From contig JAFXGW010000009.1 of assembly GCA_017536685.1 (NCBI GenBank), positions 15,660-79,659 of the forward strand: DNA of 64,000 nt, read 5' to 3'. Each line of letters begins with the position of its first letter. Within the stretch, counting starts at the first letter, position 1. The translations under genes were made by a program, and so were the position numbers. Below the pieces are notes generated by a model. It ran no database searches. It was not told where the DNA came from and was given only the letters and a program-made list of their open reading frames with translations. Positions 37,401 to 45,100 of this stretch are shown here, in pieces. This DNA is from Clostridia bacterium. Lineage in GTDB: Bacteria > Bacillota > Clostridia > TANB77 > CAG-508.

Positions 37401-37851
37401 AGATGAACCTGAAGATACAAAGAAAAATGCAATAGTAATAGTGAGATATTTGGAAAGAGGAACAAACAAGGTTTTATCAGAAGAGGTTATTAAAGAAGGA
37501 AAAGTAGGAGATGACTATACAACAGAGGCTAAAACAATAGAACTTTATACTTTAGATAAAGAACCAGAAAATAAAAACGGTGTAATGAAAGAAGAAACAA
37601 TAATAGTTACATATTATTATTACTTTACAAATCCACCTCCACAAGAGATACCTCACGTAAAAGAAGACGTAAAAGTATCAGAAACAATAATTAAACCTAC
37701 AGACAATACTCCAAAACCAAACAATCAAAATGAAACTTTGGCTACAGGAGATACTTCACCGATAATTTATGTTGGAATAATAATATTTGTTGCTATGATA
37801 AACATTATTCAAATTATAATTAGAAAAAAAATAAAAAGTAAAAATGAATAA
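22465..37851 (+). CDS. giant multi-domain cell-surface protein (5128 aa) with a C-terminal wall-sorting-like signal
   Basis: A GGGAGAGGA RBS precedes the start. The N-terminus is lysine-rich and ends in a TM anchor. Several domain types are visible:
- Multiple SpaA/Cna-B-like prealbumin-fold modules, for example LPGAKFTIKEI...TTNENGEINIPLKAGKYKLTEVQAPENYLI.
- Two arrays of repeats of roughly 60-70 aa (DGGYI..G.F.S..I.L.NG......D..I.KY...G...WAK.IGG).
- Three modules of about 140 aa.
- More than 10 MucBP-like modules (VIVKYLDKET...GYTL...FYY).
- A PE-rich linker.
- A C-terminus TLATGDTSP followed by a hydrophobic helix and RKKIKSKNE. Confidence 0.9.
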   Translation: MKKRDDSKKQKKNLKKLKDLSKLTQIKAVLGEKRLRIKSKRIDKLVFCLSIFVILLAIVGILAVKDKTITKSSITATPELMRAMQYEQFDDGDENLEATDNVKFSAFFLRDLDGDGYAEKVKGTCKEIGTEDTLYMELNVQTEGYLKDAKVEIQGQNFYLQTTLPKDEQLKDNYIGNNVKKIEFNQIVNGTQKLLTGIVRSGDYSRSDIINSAIGNNINNYSREDNKIILTGIYVDENGKETRITKEILLTVDWYGTTETRIYGENQTYRTLSSIIDEANEVIKLNFEVKTEEIDRLLNLKKNHVEGTIPELNGYAPIKVSSKNLNFTYDDGTRTFFIDKEATVDENGTIITSVSRYNYYQIEVVYPLDAYKNSGKESVNIEIPVRTYYEGFNNPNEQFKNPYRSNIASTVLCVNYMYLVEDIETTYLDIHVGRYAYSPEARYMISKQKPLRIYNGISEVEKDDTYIVKWELSTGTYGESSGIILKERKHDEVQISDYFQKVDNTTESMENLTNNIGIAFSGANTMLKEDGWIKVYDDETDNLLVTFTKENWNNYSSWNYYKYEIPVRHIRVETSSNNKEAYLYVYNIKELDDEYITTNYTKEQFDNLKYIHSTLNGYLGENYIGTTKDKALYEAPYSIATIHLNNGNLSTQSTEENEIITINASQDINNNQLGWNDGSFLIKLPQEILEVEINNVTVNNNNIEILTYEIIENENRNFIKINTVNKSDTLQSFELKVDANITPDPRIPTTIGDIELYAVNYEGVEYYYSAADIYDVNDNLNKEELINKTKTIVNLIAPNSLLTNQTASEFDKSGKVIVSPKVIELSPKYVKIDNEALTAKIGIQLTNNYSSDISEILILGKIPFKGNRTVLSDKDLGSGFTTKMISSGIEIPEELSGKIRVYYSEKENPDKDINNELNEWTLAENVTNWDNIKTFLIDFGNEKISEKKEYTFYYTIQMPEDIDFNQTAYSHHGIYFSLETAEGKYRTKTEPNRLGFRLVEKFNLELTKTHAGKEIFVPAATYSVTEINTDGTIGKMRTGVTNPQGTFLMKDLYAEKTYEIQEIKSPEDYQLSEDVIRFIASVNQDDGSISIIKNQGETKEDITVTKNDDEKHKVIVKVEDKPKAKLKITKKEKNTENPVSFVKFRIAGKNLGENGKILTTNVNGETSINGLLVNEEYILQEIKANGYYLENPIKFKILHENGNYSIEIIEGNVLNSSVGEESNFPVASIAIENEKIQTYNLEISKIKKILETELTEEQIGANNTEESIIEYLAGAKFKLYKNSKEIGEYVTDVNGKILISGLYQYVDGKSEEAIYTLKEVLPPEGYVKAKDVNFKVQNINGELKFIDLDNNTRATTVEGSTVKLVVEDSPAFKLIKKDAETGEALANVKFAIYNFENNSEPATNSKGEKIGTLEHINGKDYYTVTTDNNGLLTIDLPEGLYKAIELQAPDKYNIENSIYYFGVGASREGKVRLQADWSQAIGGEKDDVLLNVEATSDGGYIVVGQFVSENIELANGEIINNKNSTYSDGIIIKYSNDGEVEWAKSIGGDNTEEIYTIQETSDGGYIITGTFTSTSIDFGNGVGLANPGTRSGMLVKYDITGNVEWANAIEVGYSANIVSVSETVENCFMVMMNYENQNLDLGNEITLSNSGGKDGAILKYNSEGVLQWAKNIGGSGYEELISGKPTLDGGFIVSGLFSSESIDLENGMILTNSATSTTDGLIIKYDSNGSIEWTKKVGGVSEDIVSSIEQLTDGSYLVTLSFMSSTVDLENGFELTNKVTSTMDSALIKYDSNGSIIWTKSISGNQDEMIDMLEKTADGGFIIQGIFNSESIDLGDQVTLTRHGDNYNSMIVKYNSSGKTEWADIIAANNLQIYSLEITKDNGCLILGQFEEEQVGFGNCIDGSGIIKYNSEGKLDYTWSATTGVYSAKELLDGDILAVGSLYGVAYFDTKLESRGLNDGVVIKLSEKEMVDFAITDIQSESDVSSLTKDGGYIDILSFSVDTELPNGTFLKCNGKKDAAIVKYDSKNNIEWVRTIGGAGDDSISQIIETKTGDYIVGGSFKSNIIELENNITLTNSSDKNIADSMIMKYSENGELKWAKSILIKDKENYKSEDEHEYIREIIETKDGGYLINGYFYDKWEYEDEIYDTDSNLVKFSESGHEEWQRSITGYRYEEIYDILEIDDIGFIVVGGASDSSPDFGEGLTLDCEWNEGFIVNYTANGDIKMVRKRYSSDIKQTSDGGWIEWGTFAKQTLDLGDGFILQGYDDDFYNSDIVIIKYNKDWKIEWAKAIGGDDDDYISNVIETSDGGYLATGHFNSLDINLENKFIFTNTSNSYYDEEGIIIKYGKDGTLEWANTAKGANGREYFTDAVETSDNGYIVLGEFASDTVDLGDGKTITGGYTDIVLVKYNKYGKVDCAKKIDANSSSVYSFEKISEGKYTLEVALRDAEVELDNGEIVTIDDDIVTFTIEDLLEIQETQELIVENNRKEFNITTDIEKTEGVKGGTISGEDEVPYETIKYGDNSTKEIKLVPEGEYEIISIKVNGEETVFNTAEDGSYIMPIFTNVTEDLHIVAKFGLKENTFTINKIDSETKEPLEGAVFKLDQLEERETPAHVIGEINDNGETYYELNKETEGVLGNLVDNGQTYTLIDETNQITDALGELTDNGSYVFVKETNAYGEEVYVPTNSKTYQLANGGAAGISSSVANSYIPIDLTGYQGKYMLVVNATISSGYSDYGYATVTTTTYAPGYYNSTGRFIYDYGTYVGTKNYTANVLEGGKKYYLHLGYSKNYSGDSGSDQIIFNSIKLYGTKDITYNFVEKDGKYESTNQGMSSTVSNSYIPIDLTNCTGKYSVVLNAQVSCIYGNCGYATITQSTSRPAYNSTTGRFVYIDGISSESNNYQSELLEGGKIYYLHLGYYKNATANGGEDKFTVNSVKVYNTMPTVYGFVEEDGKYKSSINGLDSRTANSYFLVDLTDYEGKYNLIVNANISSEVGDYGYATISQNANTPNYDQTEGRFIYISGTTESSITPTDYTTVLEGGNKYYLHVGYYKNSTTNEGDDEFVINSIKVVPNGEHLYHTEVTTNSQGSAKVEIPHGIYSIKEIIAPEGYELNENATVVEFRKDSAQEITIDNSILAKVIVNHNEAIENEDGTVTYTEHPLAEIDILEDKAGHPYSTSPKLDLAEHELETNEDGSYKLPENATGQFVSGEQEVTYYYMRKSIPIIVNHYIEGTETPVILNDGSSVEEIISYGNAGQEYTTQAISAEELHEKYELVEIPSNATGTFEYSDVVVNYYYRIKTFDISTRVEEKIETTVTGETKIVKGGTISGDGEEFYEIVEYGQSNEKEIIVTPEDDAHKVSQITINGENYEFLENEDGTVTLPIFENITEDIKIVVTFERILTKVMVHHYIEGTETSVKFKNGDAVPDEYYEKQYGEIYETKCISEENLYPTYELCSIPNNNTGTVGNDTIIVTYYYKLKDYTLELTKYEAKEENILPGVKFKLIDCSTGNAKEYETDENGRLSISNLIAEKQYEIREIETAEGYLLNNSKKVFSLETVDSKLKLKVLDGSFKETEDEIVIENANGNNPIVKVSLENETIFTLTKKDSKGNKLLPGAKFTIKEIAEENGTTIEKDAKDGYGNLVGQEEQINGENLRVVTTNENGEINIPLKAGKYKLTEVQAPENYLIGENNFHYIEIQANEPPTYDINQTWEGNLYGDKFTKLNDNGFVSFINFRDMIIIPAENTTNNQEIELISTNGSSDIGIIKYNSDFKIEFVKNIATNNDEYVNSVFATSDGGYIVLGEIVGHPTVIDGELQISTENNSLDGAVAIKYNLQGNVEWVNKINSDYGYSYNSNAIETTSGEFVVFGYSSNSITIPAEATVDNQEIRINSGYYVLLLTDDGKIKWIYVDQSWKYYWSDSTAYETANDNILIIPNKYGDLKYLEISLKDGMITNEYDASNYMTSLQDITTLTVDEIRIAKDKCIIITGYIVQNETISSEHTVKGEEIKLNSNQGSPTEFILKLNSDLKIEWIQTFEGSKMTMPYDLYVDEEGKCVILGMLMGNLVINADKTFSNKEITLLADENVPSNLIIKLNDEGKIEWADSSIPYQKVQYQTIYSISDDEYMLYYNYMQSILKETKQEAVIAEKVNLEVTNTYNGPMNEISATLEKNGLQKITSLKTNVNYEIKYNAVIEHCEGKAKVTIVDKLPYPITVEASNLDNGIYDSTTNTITWIEEINNINTFTNDEPQNIEFIKNISLKYNFEENLEELENVENIVTVKIEILTQNEENPDEYIVIKEDEQVATENTPVDLETVYTINYYYENQLNETKTETIKTQVGTEITEYPDKLEEGYEVDRVENLPLIIDEDSSKNIINVYYKLKASQIIVKYLDKETKYELEKDVIIDGKIFDTHDLSTNKKDIEGYTLTWEPENLQVEFTEENQTFIFYYAKNTRVIVKYLEKDDTPSNDDNLVIDEETIIEGYVDKEYKTIQKDIEKYIFAESTENTEGRMARLPIEVIYYYTKQKSGLHEKHVDVKTNEVLDSLYHELPLDETYTINSEEFDGYDIAKNKDIYTEEELTENQLNPDENYIPENFEGIVTIEPIEVKYYYIRKTSVKVEYIDNVTGEVIKETVEIDEDEDGIIDRTEQKDSTEVIEGHEGDEYTTNSKEFDGYILVEEKIPENSEGTMDVVTDEDGNVITETVVKYYYVQETKVIERHIDIKTGKELEPEIIHEGYEGKEYKIEDKEFEGYDLVKEQLPENAEGTMTKEIIEVNYYYIRKAKVVVEYLDKTTGEKIFEIAEKDNDGDGITDEEVKVDSTEEIEGHEGEAYEATRKEFDGYKLIEEERPENEKGTMIVIVKEDGTVDDTIYVRYYYSKVEEKPGEDPEEPVKPDDPEKPGDPEEPVKPNDPEKPEDPEEPEKPDDPEKPGDPEEPEKPDDPEKPGDPEEPEKPDDPEKPGDPEEPEKPNEPEKPGNPEDSEEPDEPEDTKKNAIVIVRYLERGTNKVLSEEVIKEGKVGDDYTTEAKTIELYTLDKEPENKNGVMKEETIIVTYYYYFTNPPPQEIPHVKEDVKVSETIIKPTDNTPKPNNQNETLATGDTSPIIYVGIIIFVAMINIIQIIIRKKIKSKNE
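37093..37413 (+). repeat. in-frame 45-bp (15-aa) tandem repeat, about 7 copies, unit EKPGDPEEPEKPDDP
   Basis: Near-identical units GAAAAGCCAGGAGATCCTGAAGAGCCAGAGAAACCAGATGATCCA are visible. The central three copies are identical. Confidence 0.9.
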
Positions 37852-37882
37852 TTAAAATTGTAATTTTATGTCAATAAGTACC

Positions 37883-37917
37883 AAAAAGGAACTAGAAAAT
37901 ATTTTCTAGTTCCTTTT
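37883..37917. terminator. bidirectional terminator between convergent genes
   Basis: A near-perfect palindrome: AAAAAGGAACTAGAAAAT paired with ATTTTCTAGTTCCTTTT. The stop codon of the minus-strand 74-aa ORF (CTA on the + strand at 37906-37908) lies inside the 3' arm. Confidence 0.75.
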
Positions 37918-38130
37918 ATATTTATTTTTTATTTTATTGATTTTTTTATCAATTTTTTTTAATTTTAAATTAGCCCAAATTCCGTTTTGTTCTTTAATTT
38001 TTTCTTTTTCATTAAGTAGATTATTTACTATTATTCTGTCTTCATTAGACAGGTCAAAAAGAAGTTTTGCTTTGAAAATGTTTTCTTTGACAAGTTGTTC
38101 ATAATCTTTTTTTTCACCATATAGGCCCAT
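37906..38130 (-). CDS. small lysine-rich hypothetical protein (74 aa)
   Basis: An AAAGGA RBS lies 7 nt before the ATG. No hydrophobic segment and no recognisable motif. Confidence 0.5.
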   Translation of the reverse strand: MGLYGEKKDYEQLVKENIFKAKLLFDLSNEDRIIVNNLLNEKEKIKEQNGIWANLKLKKIDKKINKIKNKYKRN

Positions 38131-38257
38131 AATTATTTCCTTTCAAAATTGTATAGCTTGAGTATATTATAATTTTATAAGAAAGTCAATTTTGAAAGAA
38201 AGTATTTTTATTATAGCTATATTGAAAAAAAATAAATAAGAAAAGTATGAAACATTT

Positions 38258-38974
38258 TTATTTTTCTTTAAAATAATCCATTAATCCTATATAAATACTC
38301 CATGCTAGTTCGTTTTGATATTTTTCAGTTTGCAATTTCTGTGATTCTTCTAAATTTGATAAAAAGCCACACTCAACTATAACAAGAGGTATATTAACAT
38401 TTTTGGTTAAATATATTCCAGATATAGATTTTATTTCTCTATTATTTTCTTTTTCTATAAAAAAGTTAAGACTAGTTTGAATATTTTGAGCAATTTTTTT
38501 ACTAGTATCATCATTATTTTTATAAAATGTTTGCCAACCAGAATATTGTACTTGTGGTAATTTGTTCATATGTATAGATATAAAGGCATCTGCATTAGAT
38601 GTGTTTGCAATATTCGCTCTATTTTTCATATCTGAAACCTTTTTTTCACGAATAGAGCTTGTAGTTGTTTCATAGATTCCGTTTTCGTTAGATCTAGTTA
38701 AAATTACATTACAATTAGCTATTTCTAATAAATTTTGTAATTTTAAAACGATTTGTAAATTTAATTCGGACTCTATAATTGTTCCGTTAATATCGGTTGC
38801 TCCACCATCAGGATTTCCATGACCAGCATCTAAAATAATGTTGTGTCCACTGATGGGAGTAGATGAGACTAATTCTGTTTTATAATGTGAATTATTTATC
38901 AAAGAACAAGAAAAAATAGAAGAAAGTATAACTGAAGATATAAATAATATTCGCTTTTTATTTAATAAAATCAT
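38258..38974 (-). CDS. cwlD: N-acetylmuramoyl-L-alanine amidase, CwlD-like (germination-specific)
   Basis: An AGGAG RBS precedes the start. The protein has an N-terminal TM segment. It carries amidase_3 motifs ILDAGHGNPDGGA, ESELNL, VILTRS and DAFISIHMN. The 238-aa size and architecture are typical of CwlD. Confidence 0.8.
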   Translation of the reverse strand: MILLNKKRILFISSVILSSIFSCSLINNSHYKTELVSSTPISGHNIILDAGHGNPDGGATDINGTIIESELNLQIVLKLQNLLEIANCNVILTRSNENGIYETTTSSIREKKVSDMKNRANIANTSNADAFISIHMNKLPQVQYSGWQTFYKNNDDTSKKIAQNIQTSLNFFIEKENNREIKSISGIYLTKNVNIPLVIVECGFLSNLEESQKLQTEKYQNELAWSIYIGLMDYFKEK

Positions 38975-39169
38975 AATATCTCCTAAAAATTATATTTATA
39001 AGAAAATATATGATTCAATTAGTTATTTTATTTATAAAATTTGAATAAATTTGAATTTATACTTTTAGATAAATAAGAATTTATCATTTGTCAAATCAAA
39101 TATAAACGTAATTTTGTATATTTCGTAAAATTTCGGAAAAAATAGATAAAAAAACATGAGGGGATTTTT

Positions 39170-42100
39170 ATGAAAAAATACAAAAAGTTGAATATTCCAG
39201 GAACTCTCTTAGACAGAGGACAGTTAGCAAAGCATATTGAAAAAACAGCTTCAGATCATAATATAAAAAGTAATTCTAGAAAAGATACCTATCCGATACC
39301 TAATCTAATTGAAGATTATAAGTTTATTTTAGAAACTTATAATCTTCTTAGTAAACATTTAAAACTTGGAATAAAAATTCATTCAGCAGGAGAATGGATC
39401 TTAGACAATTTTTATGTGATAGAAGAAACTGTAAAAGTAATTCAAAAAGAAATTTCATTGAAAAAATATAAAAATATGATAGGGCTGGCAAATGAATCTT
39501 ATTTTGGATTTTCAAGAAGCTATGTTTTAGCTAATGAAATTGTGGCTTTTTCAGATTGCAAAATTGATAGGGAACTTATAGATATTGCTTTAAATGCATA
39601 CCAAAAGAAAAAGATTCTATCTATGGAAGAATTATGTAGTATAGGAATATTTTTAAAAATTTCAATAATATCTCATATAAGAAAACTTTGTGAAAAAATA
39701 TATTCTTCTCAAGTACAAAAATATAAGGCAGAAAGCATTGTAGAAAGATTAGTAGAGAAGAAAAATTATCCAAATTTAAAATTTATTTCTCCACAAAAAA
39801 CATTAAAAATAGGTGATGAAATTTTAAAATATCCTTTTATTGAATACATGTCTTATAAATTAAAATTATATGGTAAAAGTGCAATTTCTTATCAAAATAT
39901 ATTAGAAAAAGAAGTTCAAAAAATAGGACTTTCAATTTCAGAAGTTATACAGAAAGAACATTTTAATATAGCAAATATAAAAATAACAATGGGAAATTGT
40001 ATTACAAGTATTAAAGAAATAAATAGGATTGATTTTTCAGAAATTTTTAGTTATATGAATGCATCAGAAGAAATACTAAAACAAGATCCATCAGGAATTT
40101 ATACACAAATGGATGAAGAATCAAAAAGCTATTATAGAAGAAGATTAGAAAAGTTGGCTCGTAAAAATAAGATTTCGGAAATATATATAGCGGAGAAAAT
40201 AATTACTTTATGTCAGGAATTCCAAGACTCCAATAATCTTGAAGATATAAAAAAATCACATATAGGATATTATTTATTAAAAAAAGATGGTATAGAAAAA
40301 TTAAATAATTTACTTGAAATAAAGAATCATAAGACATTAAATGATAGACAGAAATCAAGATTATATGTTGCTACAAGTACGTTTATTCCAATATATTTTT
40401 GTTTCGTTTTATATATTTTTTTGATTTATAATAATAAAGAATTTTGGATTTCAACTTTTGCTTTAGTAATATCTTATATTCCAATATCTGAAATATTTTT
40501 TAGAATGCAAAATTATTTTTTAAGTAAAATAAAAGCTCCAACGATGTTACCCAAAATGGATTATGATAAAGGAATACCTGAAAGTAAATCTACTTTTGTA
40601 GTAATTCCTACTATATTAAAATCAAAAGAAAAAGTTCAGGAAATGTTTGAGAAATTAGAAGTTTATTATTTAGCAAATAAATCTGAAAATCTATATTTTG
40701 CTCTTCTAGGTGATTGTTCTGAAGAAACGGTTAAAGTTAAAGATGAAGATTATGAAGTGATATCAAGTGGAATTGATATATGTAAAAAATTAAATGAAAA
40801 GTATAAAACAGATAAATTTAATAAATTTCATTTTTTATATAGAGAAAGACAATGGAACAGTCAGGAAAAATCCTATATAGGATGGGAAAGAAAAAGAGGA
40901 CTTTTAACAACTTTTAATAGATATATAAAAGGAAAACAAGATAATAATTTTTTGGAAAATACAATTGAAGTAGAAAAAGAAAAAATACCAGATATTAAAT
41001 ATATTATAACTTTAGATAGTGATACTAATTTAAATTTAAATACAGCTTCAAAATTAATTGGTGCAATGAGTCATATTTTAAATTTACCGGTTATACAAGA
41101 TCGTAAAGTTGTTGATGGATATGGAATAATGCAACCTAGAATTGGTATGGATTTATTGTTAAGTCAAAAAACTTATTTTGTAGAATTGTATAGCATGAAA
41201 GGTGGAATTGATTGCTATACAAATGCAATTTCGGATATTTATCAAGATTATTTTTGTGAAGGAATTTTTACTGGTAAAGGAATTTATAACGTAGAAATCT
41301 ATAATGAAATACTGAAAGATGAATTCCCTGAAAATACAATTTTGAGCCATGATTTATTAGAAGGAAATTTTTTGCGTTGTGGACTTCTTACAGATGTTAT
41401 GTTGTTAGATGGATATCCAATGAGATATATTCCATATATGCTTAGAAATCATAGATGGATAAGAGGAGATTGGCAAATTGTAAGATGGTTAAAAAATGAG
41501 AGATTAAATGAACTTTCGAAATTTAAAATTTATGACAATTTAAGAAGAAGTTTATTACCAATATTTTCTTTTCTAATGATTGCTTTTGGGATCTTTGATG
41601 TATTTAAAAGCGTATTAGCTAATAATATTTTCATAAGCATTGGGATTGTAGGAATAATAATACCATATTTTTTAGATATTTTAAATTATATTATTTTTAA
41701 AGAAAGTAATATTTCTGGGGCTGTTTATGCTTATAAAAAATTTTCTAAAGAATTAAGCCTAATAAAAATAAGTTTTATTAGACTATGTCTTCAAATTTTG
41801 TTTTTACCTTATGAAACTTATAAAAATATTGATAGTATAGTTAGAAGTTTATATAGGATGAATAAGAAATGTAAATGCTTAGAGTGGATTACAGCAGAGG
41901 ATGGCGAAAAAAATTCTAAAAATGATTTGAATTCTTATTACAAAGAAATGTGTGTTTGTTTTATTGCTGGTTTATTTTTTGTGGTTTCATTTAATTGGAT
42001 TGGAAGAATGTTAGGAATTGCATGGATTGGTGCGCCAATTATAGCATGGTATATAAGTTTAGAAAGACAAGACAAAAAAGAAATTTCAGCCAGCAATAAA

Positions 42101-45100
42101 AAATATCTTGAAGAGATTGCTAAGCGTACATGGAACTTTTTTGAAGATCATATAAATGAAGATAATAATTATTTAATGACTGATAACTATCAAGAAGATA
42201 GAAATGAAAAAATTGTATCAAGAACTTCTTCTACTAATATAGGTTTAGAGCTATTGGCAATAATTTCTGCTTATGATTTAGGATTTATAAATTTTAAAAA
42301 AGCAATAGACTATTTAAATAAAGTTTTAGTGACAGTAAGTGGACTTAGTAAATGGAATGGGCATTTATATAATTGGTATAACACTAAAACTTTAATGCCA
42401 TTAATTCCAAGATATATTTCAACAGTTGATAGTGGAAATTTTGTGGGATATTTATATGTAGTTAAATCATTTTTAAAAGAAAACAAAAATAAAGCTGATT
42501 TAGAAAACATAACTATTTTAGTAAATGATTTAATTAACAATACTGATTTTTCGAAGTTATATAGTGAGAAAAATAAATTGATGTCAATCGGATACAATTT
42601 AGAAGAAAATAAATTAACAGATTCATATTATGATTTTTTAGCTTCTGAAGCAAGACAGGCAAGCATTGTTGCAATTGCCAAAAGAGATGTTCCAATTAAA
42701 CATTGGAACAATTTGAGTAGAACTCTTACAAGTTTAAATGGATATAAGGGCTTAGTATCTTGGACTGGAACAGCATTTGAATATTTAATGCCAAATGTGA
42801 ATTTAGACAGATTTAAAGGAAGCCTTTTAGATGAAGCTTGTAAATTTGCTATAATGAGTCAGATTGAATATGCAAAAAAGCTTGGTGTACCATGGGGAAT
42901 TTCAGAATCAGCATTTAATCTTCGTGACTTAAATAATAATTATCAATATAAAGCTTTTGGAATTCCTTGGCTTGGATTAAAAAGAGGCCTTGACGAAGAT
43001 ATAGTAATATCTCCTTATAGTACGTTTTTGTCTTTAGAGGATAAACTAGAAGAAGGAGTAGAGAATTTAAAGAAAATTGAGTCCAATGGTGGATATGGAA
43101 AATATGGTTTTTATGAAGCTATTGACTATACTTCATTAAGAGTAGGAAAAAGCGGAAAGGCTATTGTAAAGACTTATATGGCACATCATCAAGGTTTAAT
43201 TTTGCTTTCTATTAATAATGTTTTGCGAAATAATATTTTAAGAAAAAGATTTAATAAAAATCCAGAGATAGAAGCTACAAATATTTTGTTGCAAGAAAGA
43301 ATGCCAATTCAATTGATAATAACAAAAGAGAAAAAAGAAAAAATTACTAAAAATAAAAATATAAATTTTAGTTCATACATTGAAAGAATAATAGAAAAAC
43401 CAAGTAAAAAATATAAAAATTTAAATGTAATATCTAATGAAAAATATAAAATAATAATTGATGATTATGGAGATAGCATTAGTGAATATGATGGTTTGAT
43501 GGTAAATAATTTCAAAAGAACTTCAGAATTAAAACAAAGAATGAATTTTTACATTAAAAATATAAAAAATAAGAAAATTGTAGATACAAAGGAAAATACA
43601 AAGGTAATATTTGCACCAGATAAAGCTAAGTTTATAAAGAATGAGAATAATTTGAAAATAGAAGAGATTGTGTGTTTGGATCCTAATAAGGCGATTGAAA
43701 TACGAAGATTAGAAATTGAAAATTTAGGAAATACAGATGAGGTGTTGGAAATAATTGCAGATTTTGAACCATCTCTTTCTAAGAAGATGCAAGAATATTC
43801 ACACCCAGCATTTAACAAATTATTTATGAAGTTAGAAGAGACCAATGGAAATATAATTTTTGAAAAAAAAGATAGAAATTTATTGGAAAGCAAATATTTA
43901 GCAACAAGTTTATACACAGAAAATGAACAAATTGGGGATTTTGAATATGAAATAGACAAAGAAAAATATTTAGGTAGAGAAAATTTGGGGATATCTAATA
44001 TGATAAAAACTCAGAAGAGCTTTTCGAAAGAAATTTTTCAAGTTACAGATCCTATCATAGCAATGAAACGAACCATAAAAATTAAAGCAAGAGAAGTTGT
44101 AAATATAAATTTCTTGATTTCAGTTTCTGATTCAAAAGAAGAGGCAATTGAAAATTTAGAAAATGTAAAAAGTGAAGAAGAGATAATTAGAATATTAAAT
44201 ATTGCTAGAGTAAGAAGTGAAGAAGAAAGTAAATATTTGCAGATTGATGGAAAGAAAATAGATTTATATGTAAGATATTTAAAATATTTATTAAGACCAA
44301 CAATAAGTAAAACTGCATCTAATATTGAAAATTTTCAAATAGATAGTTTGTGGAAGTATGGAATCTCTGGAGATAATCCAATTTTGCTTGTAAAAGTAAA
44401 AAATATTGAAGATATTTATGTTTTAGATGATGTAATAGCTGCTTATGAATACTATAGAGCAAAAAAAATATTTATAGATTTAATTATTTTAAATGAGGAG
44501 ATTGATGTTTATGAAAGATATGTAAAAGAAAATATAAATAGTGTTATTTCAAATAAGCAATTAGATTATTTGAAAGATGTTAATGCGGGAATTTTCGTTT
44601 TAAATAAAGATGAAATAATGAAGGAAGATTTAGATGTAATTGAATTTAAAGCAAGGATTATTTTAGATAGTAGTAAAACGGATTTGGAATCATTTATAAA
44701 AGATTTAGAAGAGCAAGAAAATGATAATGATATAGTGAAAAAAGAAAAAAATTATACAACAAATTCAGAAATGTATCCATTTAAAAAAGAAAAATTATTA
44801 TTTGATAACTCTTATGGTGGTTTTTCAGAAGATGGAAGAGAATATAAGATTTACAAAAATGAAGAAAATACTTTGCCAACTGTGTGGTGTAATATTTTAG
44901 CTAATAATTTTTTTGGAACAGTTGTGACAGATAACTTGGGAGGATATACGTGGAGTAAAAATAGTAGGCTAAATAGACTAACTGCTTGGAATAATGATAG
45001 AGTTTTAGATATTCCATCAGAGATTTTTTATTTAAAAAATGAAGATAATAAAAATGTATGGACTTTGAATTCCGGAGTGGTACCAAACAAAAATTATTAT

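Noticed and set aside
37093-37413. Regularly spaced 45-bp repeats considered as a possible CRISPR array. The arrays at 5634..5872 and 50377..50668 were considered likewise.
   Set aside because: The units are contiguous with no unique spacers. They are in frame within long ORFs and encode periodic peptide repeats. No cas genes are present.
36950-37469. Long antisense and alternative-frame ORFs inside the tandem-repeat regions (36950..37465 -, 37077..37469 -, 37178..37435 +). The same occurs at 5497..5973 and at 50173..50725.
   Set aside because: They are mirror or shifted readings of the in-frame 45/51-bp coding repeats. They consist of periodic low-complexity sequence, lack an RBS, and are fully nested in long genes with clear domain content.
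38975-39169. A possible riboswitch or c-di-GMP element in the leader of the glucan synthase gene. Leaders at 53516-53684 and 22058-22464 were also scanned for T-box, SAM or purine elements.
   Set aside because: The sequences are almost pure A/T, with no conserved riboswitch cores or extended G+C-containing helices that I could recognise by eye.
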